Source: Chromera velia
Lineage: Eukaryota
Reading direction: 5' to 3'
DNA length: 20,000 bases
Assembly: GCA_018398765.1 (NCBI GenBank)
Contig: JAHBMJ010000499.1
Span: 107,129 to 127,128 of the forward strand
The notes beneath the pieces are model-generated. The model saw only the letters and a list, made by a program, of their open reading frames with translations, had not been told where the DNA came from and did no database searches. This document shows positions 13,101 through 20,000 of this stretch, piece by piece; positions within the stretch are counted from its first letter, which is position 1; every line of letters starts with the position of its first letter. The translations under genes were made by a program, and so were the position numbers.

Positions 13101-14233
13101 AGCTGCCATTTTTCTAGATCAGCACCTCTCTCAGTGCCTTCAGATATGGAAAATCGGTCCTGACTGGCTGCCCGCACATCGACAGCAAACTGCCGAGCAT
13201 GACTCTGCAACAGCTCTCCCAACTTCTCCAGAGAGGCAGGGTATTCGTCGTCACCCCCGTCAGCATCACTGTCGTTCCATCCCAAAAGTGCAGTTCTCCA
13301 GGAAGTTGGCATCTTCAGGGATGACGGCCCTTCTCCCAAAGAAAGTTTCGGAGAACTGTCATCCACAGGCTTTGCTCGTGGGGGGGAAAGGGAGGATTCG
13401 CGTGGGCGTGCGGCCTGGGGTGAGCCGGGAGACGGGCGCACAGGGGAGAGGCTACGGATTGGAGAGGCACCCCCGTGTTCCCTCCGGGGCGATACTGCAG
13501 CAGACTGCGGGCCACCAGGGGTGCTGCATGATGCCTGCTCTCCCTGTGCATCTGCGTTGTTGCCAGAAAAGGGAGAACCCGAACCTAAAACAAGATCGGC
13601 AAGGAGAGGGTCGCATGCGGACCTGAGATTGAACGCAGCGTTAATTCGGAAATCGGTGCAGTCATCTCCCGGGTCTTCTCCCTCGACCTTTCTTCCCCCC
13701 AATCCCGGGGAGTCTGGTCGCACGCCCATCCGGGGAGATGAGCGGGGACGGCCGATACCCCCGCGTTGCCACGTTGGTCTCAGAGCAGAGGCTGGTCTAT
13801 TCTTCAGACCGTACCCTTTTCCCCTCTGAGAAGCTTCTCTGATCGTGTCTCTCGACTGCACAGAGCCGACAAGCAGAGCCATGAGGGCCTCGGCAGCGTC
13901 TGTCTGAGGATTACTTGATGTGTGTGCTGCTGTTGAGGATGGTCGTCGTGGAACGTGAGAAGGTGCAGGGCTAGAAGAAGAAGAAGAGGCAGACGACGAG
14001 GAGGCCTCCGAGGATCCTGCCACATTTCCGCTTCCTGGATCTTTTTCTCCGTCCCCTTGATGTTCCTTCCGTGTCGCATTGGCGAGCTTTAACTGCTGTA
14101 GGATTCTGTGCGCCCCATTGAGGATGAGAAACTCGGCCTCATCTGAAATGTCAGTCTTCAGTTGTCGTAGGCGACCGAGAAAAATATACTCAGAAAAGAT
14201 CATGGACGGTCGGGTTCCCCCCTGATCCATCAT
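1..14233 (-). CDS. Giant multi-exon protein (>4100 aa, 3' end outside the window); probable HERC/HECT-type E3 ubiquitin ligase with a SPRY-like domain
   Basis: Long minus-strand ORFs (1219, 277, 1295, 292 and 838 aa) join in frame through GT-AG introns. Exons: 14233-10662, 10320-9714, 9408-9344, 9247-9200, 9123-5508, 5278-4622, 4431-2062, 1734-1531, 1162-<1; 12301 nt in total, with phases checked by hand. The motif LSLGLDLLLLMALQEGSLVRLLTFLQALW resembles the conserved HERC1/HERC2 N-terminal helix. No HECT domain is visible in the window, so the product is an inference; the gene structure is better supported. Confidence 0.75.
1531..1734 (-). CDS. Exon 8 (204 nt) of the giant gene, SPRY-like core
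   Basis: Acceptor TTCTTTCTGCAG|, reads VGFCTRHSPQFHQDSFAARVQYQEGEVLDVRFEVDG...TELMISGVSIGSVLE, donor GAG|GTCAGT; absent from the ORF track. Confidence 0.7.
2062..4431 (-). CDS. Exon 7 of the giant gene (ends in the first half of the SPRY-like region)
   Basis: Within the 838-aa ORF; acceptor TTGCAG|TGT, donor GTG|GTCAGT; phase 0 at both ends. Confidence 0.8.
4622..5278 (-). CDS. Exon 6 of the giant gene
   Basis: Within the 292-aa ORF; acceptor CTCTGTCTGCAG|, donor CAA|GTAAGT; phase 0 at both ends. Confidence 0.75.
5508..9123 (-). CDS. Exon 5 of the giant gene
   Basis: Within the 1295-aa ORF; acceptor TTTTGCAG|G at 9124-9125, donor CAG|GTCAGT at 5507. Confidence 0.8.
9200..9247 (-). CDS. Exon 4 (48 nt) of the giant gene
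   Basis: Acceptor CTTTGTAG|, reads IDLLCLIHWHFSGAC, donor CAG|GTAGGT; phase 2 at both ends, so it could also be skipped without a frameshift. Confidence 0.5.
9344..9408 (-). CDS. Exon 3 (65 nt) of the giant gene
   Basis: Acceptor TTTTTGCAG|, reads VPLVKILLGSLEDSGAMCILVG, donor GG|GTCAGT (phase 2); this frame is not in the ORF track. Confidence 0.6.
9714..10320 (-). CDS. Exon 2 of the giant gene (helical, Leu-rich)
   Basis: Polypyrimidine acceptor CCCCCCTTGCAG|G; reads ALLRPQTVASAQQCLKSILELL...AACDERE; donor GAG|GTCGGT (phase 0). Confidence 0.75.
10662..14233 (-). CDS. Exon 1 of the giant gene
   Basis: ATG at 14233 opens the 1219-aa ORF; donor TTGAC|GTCAGT at 10661 (phase 2). Confidence 0.8.
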
Positions 14234-16523
14234 CTCTTTTTCCTTACTTTTGGTTTAATTCCTGGTCTTTGACTTGGACGTTCAATTCACTCTCGATCTT
14301 CTTGATGGAGTAGATGATGAAAGTGGATGTCCAAACAGAAGACGCAGACGGAGCTTTTTGGTGAGGACAAGCGCGACAGAATTTTCTGTTATATTCAGCC
14401 TGGAAATCTTAGTCGTAGGAATCTGATGCTGACCGAAGTTTCTTCCAGGGAAGAGCTGTTCAAGTGGAAAAGAATTCTATGCCTCATTTTGGGTCATGAA
14501 GATTGAAAGAGACAATCATTGCACATGCTTGACCTGTTGCACGCACAAAGGTTCTCCGGCTTTGATTTTCACTTGCAAAAGACGCTTCTTGTCTTGCCGG
14601 CTCAGAGCCTCTCACACAACTCGATTGATCGGCATCGTTGCTGCGTGTGGACTCGAACATCTTCTTGCCTCTTCGTAGTAGTTCGTATACGTATATCAGA
14701 CATGTGTACATATCGACATGTATATGCATGTACTGTACATCTTCACCAACAAGTATATATAACGATGATTAAATTTATTTTTCAAAAATGCATACAGAAA
14801 TCAAATACAGAGGTCACGGAGCGGTACATGCTGCGCTCATTGACAAATTAATATCTCATGCATGCAGCTATCGCCTCGGGGGGCAGCTCAGCTCTGCTGA
14901 GATCAGCCGAGAGGCCCTGAGATCGCACGCACTCACATAACGCATTTTTTCATTTTTGGGGGGGGGATCGGTTCTGTCTCCATCACGATCGGTGTCGCCC
15001 AAGTTCCAAAATATGCCCCTCAAACAACTCGCACGGAGCCGTGATCGCACATACCTTATAATTACTTTGCGCATGCGTACCCCTCAAGTAACTCGCACGG
15101 AGTTGTATATACATATATGACGTGCGCGCGGTCCTGAAAAGCATATTTCACTGCCGTGGCCCCCACCCCATGGCAGCACACAACTTAGACATGTCCAAGC
15201 CCCCGATGGTGCGCATCAATTAGCGGACCTCTAAATAGCCTCCCGAGGTACTCATCCAACTGGTTGGGTGTATTCCGTATATATATATAGTGCATACAGC
15301 TTTGCTTGATCGCTATATAGGATCGTGAGGCCCTATGCAGTATATATCGCCTCGGGGGGCAGCTCAGCTTTGCTGAAATCAGCCGAGAGGCCCTGAGATC
15401 GCATGCACTCGCATAACGCATTTTTTCATTTTTGAGGGGGGGATCGGTTCTATCTCCTTCACAGTTAGTGTTGCCCGAGTTCCAAAATATGCCCCTCAAA
15501 CAACTCGCATGGAGTTGTGATCGCACATGCCTTAATTACTTTACGCATGCGTGCCCCTCAAATAACTCACACGGAGTTGCACATACATATATAATGCATG
15601 CGCGGTCCCGAAAAGCATACTTCGCTACCATGGCCCCCGCCCCATGGCAGTATACAACTTAGACATGCCCAAGCCCCCGATGGTGTGCATCAATTAGCGG
15701 ACCCCTAAATAGCCCTCCAAGCTAGGCACTCACCCAACTGGTTGGGTGTATCCCGTATCAATCGTCTCGGGGGGCAGCTCAGCTCTGCTGAGATCAGTCG
15801 AGAGGCCCTGAGATCGCATGCATCCACATAACACATTTTTTCATTTTTTGGGGGGGGGATTCGGTTCTGTCTCCATCATGGTCGGTGTCGCCCGAATTCT
15901 AAAATATGCTCCTCAAGTAACTCGCACGGAGCCGCGATCGCATTATAATATGATATACTTCGCTCTTCATGATACGTGCCCCTCCATGCAGTATAACTCG
16001 CACGGAGTTAATTGTATATATGTTCATGCGCGGTCCCGAAAAGCATATTTTGCGCATGTTGCCGTGGCCCCTGCTATTTGCCCATGCACGCATTGCAGGC
16101 AAGACATGCCCAACATGCAATCAAATTATGGCCGACCTCCTAAATGGCCCCCCGAGGCACTCACCCAACTGGTTGGGTGTATCCCGTATATATGTACGTG
16201 TACGTTTTCGGCTATTTTCTGCTCTGGCCTGCATCGATCTATAGCTGACAATTAAACTTCTGACACGCTCCTTACAGATTTTCAAACACAGTGACAGTCG
16301 GTCTGGGTGACAGTCTGCAGGTACACAACTTCTGGATCGAGCATAGCTCTGAATCTTGCTTCATCTTTGTTCGACTAGAAGAAGGCTGACGAACTCGTGT
16401 GAAACAAAGCAACACATCTGTGTCCGTGCAATCAAAGACAAACCGTATATTGTACTCCGCACATATATACACAGGTGCACCTTATATATATCAGCAGAAT
16501 CCAAGTGAGCAACTCAAGAAACC
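14234..16523. promoter_or_regulatory. Divergent (head-to-head) intergenic region holding the UTRs/promoters of the giant gene and the EF-hand gene
   Basis: Lies between ATG 14233 (-) and ATG 16524 (+); contains TGCATGCA at 14859-14866 and AT/RY-rich stretches. Transcription start sites cannot be determined from sequence. Confidence 0.45.
14871..16189 (+). mobile_element. Tandem array (3 diverged copies) of a ~410-430 bp non-coding element with Helitron2/Helentron (HINE)-like termini
   Basis: Copies at 14871-15280, 15347-15758 and 15762-16189, each starting TCG(C/T)CTCGGG...GCAGCTCAGC and ending CCAACTGGTTGGGTGTAT(T/C)CCGTAT. The 5' GCCTCGGGGGGC is the reverse complement of the subterminal GCCCCCCGAGGC (16147-16158), which is followed by a CACCCAAC-TG-GTTGGGTG hairpin. 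The repeat is certain; the transposon class is inferred. Confidence 0.6.
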
Positions 16524-18172
16524 ATGTCTTTGGGGATTGAGGTAGGCGGTGTCACGTACACGCTGACAGAGGATAAAGTGAATCTCTACCTGGCAGCGTT
16601 CGGAATTTTCGACAAGAAGGATGACGGAACTGTTTCTGTCGAGTCAGTTCAATTCACATAAATTCCTGATTCAGCACCCAAAACGAAATCACACTACTGG
16701 AATACATTACTCGGCTTCTTTTCTGAGCTTTTCTCTTCTTCCTCTCTGTGCAGGGACACAGGGGCGCTGTGGAGGTCTGTGATGCTGAACCCAACAGAGG
16801 AGGAGATCGGTCGGTTGAAGGAGAAGCTGAATCCAGAGGGGGATGGGTTCTTCACTTTGCACCAGTTTCTGAAACTCTGCGAGGATTCAGACATATGGAA
16901 AGCCTCGACAATTCGGGAGGACGACCTTCTTGAAGCCTTCAAAGAATTCGACTACGATGGCACGGGACATGTGACTACACCCATGCTCCGGTTCATTCTA
17001 CAAGCCAACGGTGAGTTCTCAAACGCAACTGACCGTCTACATACGTGCAGATCCGTCTTTGTGTGAATATGTATGTATGTTTTTCATATCGATGGCAGTT
17101 TGTGCACTCGTCTGCTTCTCCATTTGCGTCCTCGCTGATTCTCTCCCTCTCCCTCTTCAGCTCATTGAATTCCTCTCTCACTCTGCAATGATGCGAGCAT
17201 GTCAGCTCTCCAGCAAAAGACGTGTATGACTGCAGAAAGTGATGGCGTCTGAAAAGTGTACGGGGAGCTGAAGTCGACTTTCCTCATACCGTTTGTTTGT
17301 TTCGAATCTGAATCACTCGAATGCAAAGATGATTGTGAATGCATGCAGGCGAGGGACTGAGGGACGATGAGGCAGATGAATTCGTTGAGTGGGCGCAGAA
17401 GGTCTGTCTGTCTTTCTGTCTGTCTGTCTGAAAACTGTGGCTGTCATACGGATGGAAAGAAGAGGAAAAAGGGGAAAGGGAATGAAATGGTCTGTCGAGA
17501 AAAAATATCGAGTCTGTCTGCCTCTCTGTCCGTCCGTCCGTCCGAGTGCCCAATATACAGTCAGTCTGTCTGTCTGGCTTAAGTCTCACCTTTCGGGCCC
17601 CCTGCCCACGCTGTTTGATTGTTGGTTCTGTTCTTTTGTCTTCGTTCTCTCTTTCTTTTTGTCTCTTCTGTACATGAAGAAAAGAAGGGAGAAGAAGAAA
17701 CATATAGTCTGTCTTACTGTCTGTCGGTCGGTCAGTTGGTCGGTAGGTCAGTTGGTCAGTCATTCGGTCATTCCGTCATTCAGTCAGTCATCCTGTCCGC
17801 CACTCTCTTTTTCTGCGTGTTGGTGTCTGCCTGTGTGTGTGTTTCTGGCTGACTGTATTTCTGCTGATAGGGAACAAGAGAGAAAAGGAAAAAGAAGCCA
17901 CATACTTTGTCTGTTGGCCAGTGTATACCGCCCAACCCCAGTTGGATGCTCACGTTCGACCAAACAGAGCTAGGGCAGACGCGATGTCTCTCCCCGCATT
18001 TTCTCTCCTTTCTCCCCCCCTTCGGGACGTCTGTTTTCTGTCCACATTTGTTTGGTGCCTTTCTTGACTGCAGGCCCAACAAAATGGATTAAATGTGATG
18101 GTTGAGCCTGGTCGGTTCAACTACGAGTTGTTGGTGAAGGCGTTGATCGACAAGAACCCTAACGTCTATTGA
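16524..18172 (+). CDS. Calmodulin-like / myosin light chain-like EF-hand protein, 175 aa, 4 exons
   Basis: Exons 16524-16642, 16754-17010, 17349-17401, 18074-18172 (528 nt, GT-AG, in phase). Translation MSLGIEVGGVTYTLTEDKVNLYLAAFGIFDKKDDGTVSVEDTGALWRSVMLNPTEEEIGRLKEKLNPEGDGFFTLHQFLKLC...EDDLLEAFKEFDYDGTGHVTTPMLRFILQANGEGLRDDEADEFVEWAQKAQQNGLNVMVEPGRFNYELLVKALIDKNPNVY* follows the calmodulin pattern (AFxxFDKDxDG, NPTExE, EAFxxFDxDGxG, GExLxDxE, NYE). Confidence 0.88.
17402..17790 (+). repeat. Degenerate tetranucleotide microsatellite patches (GTCT/GTCC/GTCG/GTCA)n in intron 3 of the EF-hand gene
   Basis: GTCTGTCTGTCTTTCTGTCTGTCTGTCTG at 17402-17430, (GTCC)n near 17528-17543, and GTCG/GTCA/GTTG runs at about 17719-17790. 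Confidence 0.85.
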
Positions 18173-18199
18173 TCTTGGGGATTATTTGGTCTGTTTATT

Positions 18200-19270
18200 G
18201 CCGGTCATTGGCAGAAAAAAAGATTGTTCAAACAGTACTACTTTACTTGAAATCACAAAATTCTTGGTATTGTCATGGTGTTGTCACTATCGCTATATGA
18301 GTCGCAGCAGCTTTAACGTACTTACATTAAAAATTCAATTATTCTTCAAATATTTTAGCTTACTTTTAAAGAATGTTACCAATAGTCTATAAACAATAGT
18401 TATAAAATAGATTGCGATGTATATACGGGTTGATCATTCAGTTGACATTGCATCAATTTATATTAATTTCTAGATTAATTTAAATGTCAACTAGCTATGT
18501 GTGAGACAGTATAAGACAATAGCTAGGACAATAGCTATTAGTTAGCCTAAAACATTTCTAATTAAGCTAGCAATTAAGTTATAGTCAACGCTGAACTGAT
18601 TATGAATTTTAATTTTCAATCATTGCTTTAAAACACTGTATAGATTGGTTGTATAACACTGATATATTAACAAAAGAATAAAAATGACTCAGAAAGTGTT
18701 GCTGGGCCTGAAAACACTTACCAACTTTTTTGGTAGGAGCCGCTTCCACTGTCATGGTTACCTAATCCAAAACGCAAAACCTTGCTATATGGGCTCATCT
18801 TCAATTTTGCTTTCCAGGCCACTCGCAAGTAGTGTGCCAAATGATGTTGGCTTGCATGCAAGCCACTACATAAATAAAAAATTAAATTTAATTATGTACA
18901 CTACACAGTAGTACTAAGTTTATTCAATCTGCTGTCAGTCTAATTGATTTTAATTGAAGTGAACTGCCGCTGTAAAGGTTCGAACTACTTCGTACATTAC
19001 CGCCGACTCGGAAGTCTAGACGCCTACTTATAGGCCAATGGCGATGGCGTATGATGATGCATGATGGTGATAATAATAATAACATCTCCGAACGTAAAAA
19101 TTCTAATCTTAATCCTAATGTGATGCTGATACGCTTATACAACTACAACTTACTAATAATTTTCATAGTCATTAATTGCTAGACTCATTGCTTATACATA
19201 GAATTGCTTTGATGTGTTTAAGATATTAATAACATATTCATTAATGTCAACGTAAGCTATATTTCAAAGT
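18200..19270. other. AT-rich non-coding island between convergent genes
   Basis: Visibly much more AT-rich than the flanking DNA (e.g. TAAATAAAAAATTAAATTTAATT) with no credible long ORF; boundaries are approximate. Confidence 0.6.
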
Positions 19271-19736
19271 GAGTTGACCAGGAACGCATGCGATTTCACA
19301 CCACGATTGAATGCAGACGCCACGCACACTCGGCTGCACAGATCCTTCCGTGTTGCTTCACTGTCAACATAACAACATGTAAACAGTGTCGTTTGCAAAA
19401 AGGATTAACAAATCAGACACACAAATGACAGGATGTTTTGGGGGGACACACGGCAACACACTTCTACAAAAACGCGTTCAAGCATGGAAAAAGCTTCGCG
19501 CGACAAAACAGACGGATACGCCACACCGATCCAGGCAGAAAACCTGGAAGGACACACAAGCAAGCCACCAGAGAGACTGATGATTCAGTCAGACCGACAG
19601 GAACGTCACACCGTTTGACCTGCCACATGTCAAACCTGCCACATGTCACCATCAAGTCATCCCCTTGCCTTTCGCCCTGCATTAAATTGTATCGCGCATG
19701 CATGCAGAATAAGGAACGGGGCCGACAGCTGGGCGC

Positions 19737-20000
19737 TTAGTCGTGCTTGTGGCGGTGACGGCGGGAGTGCTTGGTGGGAGCGGAGTACTTGGTGGGGGCG
19801 GGGGCAGCCATGGTGACGGGGGTGGCAGGGACGGTGGCAATGGTGACGCAGGCAGAGCCGGTGTCAGTGTAGCCAGCGGGGCAGGACTGGACCTGAGTGA
19901 AGGTGGTTCTGGTGCAGCCAGCGCCGGAGGCAGAGGAGCCAGCGGGGCAGGAAGACTCCATGGGGACGGACACAGTGGAGACGCAGGCAGAGCCGGTGTC
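19737..20000 (-). CDS. 3' end of a Cys-repeat oocyst wall protein (COWP/OWP)-like gene
   Basis: Frame open from the window end: DTGSACVSTVSVPMESSCPAGSSASGAGCTRTTFTQVQSCPAGYTDTGSACVTIATVPATPVTMAAPAPTKYSAPTKHSRRHRHKHD*. It has periodic CPxG(Y)-x(5-6)-C units as in apicomplexan oocyst wall proteins, strong C/T-ending codon bias, and a 21-nt exact repeat at 19845-19865 and 19980-20000. Confidence 0.75.
   Translation of the reverse strand, partial: DTGSACVSTVSVPMESSCPAGSSASGAGCTRTTFTQVQSCPAGYTDTGSACVTIATVPATPVTMAAPAPTKYSAPTKHSRRHRHKHD

Noticed and set aside
157..13829. Dozens of plus-strand and alternative-frame ORFs of 60-254 aa overlapping the giant gene
   Set aside because: They are antisense or off-frame shadows of GC-rich coding exons, with no recognisable domains or supporting splice structure.
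14684..14760. Alternating purine-pyrimidine, quasi-palindromic stretch (CATGTGTACATATCGACATGTATATGCATGTAC)
   Set aside because: The self-complementarity is imperfect and expected from RY-alternating low-complexity sequence; there is no evidence of a defined element.
14871..16189. CRISPR array or tRNA/5S rRNA/snRNA gene cluster interpretation of the repeat
   Set aside because: Whole ~410-bp units are repeated with no unique spacers, and I recognise no cloverleaf, A/B box or snRNA motif; an Rfam/Infernal scan would be needed to exclude an ncRNA formally.
14868..16255. Mutually similar short ORFs (e.g. 14868-15074, 15185-15526, 15899-16120) suggesting a small gene family
   Set aside because: The similarity comes from the DNA repeat; frames are broken by indels in homopolymer runs between copies and there is no coding signature.
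17284..18092. ORFs of 159 aa (-) and 194 aa (+) within intron 3 of the EF-hand gene
   Set aside because: They are translations of (GTCN)n microsatellite and low-complexity sequence (TDRQ/LSVC repeats).

Overview
Eukaryotic, intron-containing genomic DNA that resembles a chromerid/apicomplexan relative such as Chromera velia. That attribution is inferred from the low-complexity-inflated proteins, (GTCN)n intronic microsatellites, TGCATGCA motifs and an oocyst-wall-type gene. (1) Bases 1-14233 on the minus strand hold the 5' part of one giant spliced gene. I traced 9 phase-compatible exons giving about 4100 codons, still open at the window edge. It has a HERC1/HERC2-like N-terminal helix motif and a SPRY-like region, so it is probably a giant HECT-type E3 ubiquitin ligase. 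(2) The divergent intergenic region contains a three-copy head-to-tail array of a ~410-430 bp element with asymmetric inverted repeats and a 3' hairpin, the layout of a non-autonomous Helitron2/Helentron-type rolling-circle element. (3) A 4-exon, 175-aa calmodulin-like/myosin-light-chain-like EF-hand gene lies at 16524-18172 (+). (4) An AT-rich island follows at about 18200-19270. (5) The 3' end of a Cys-repeat oocyst-wall-protein-like gene lies at 19737-20000 (-). Most predicted introns use GTCNGT donors rather than GTRAGT.
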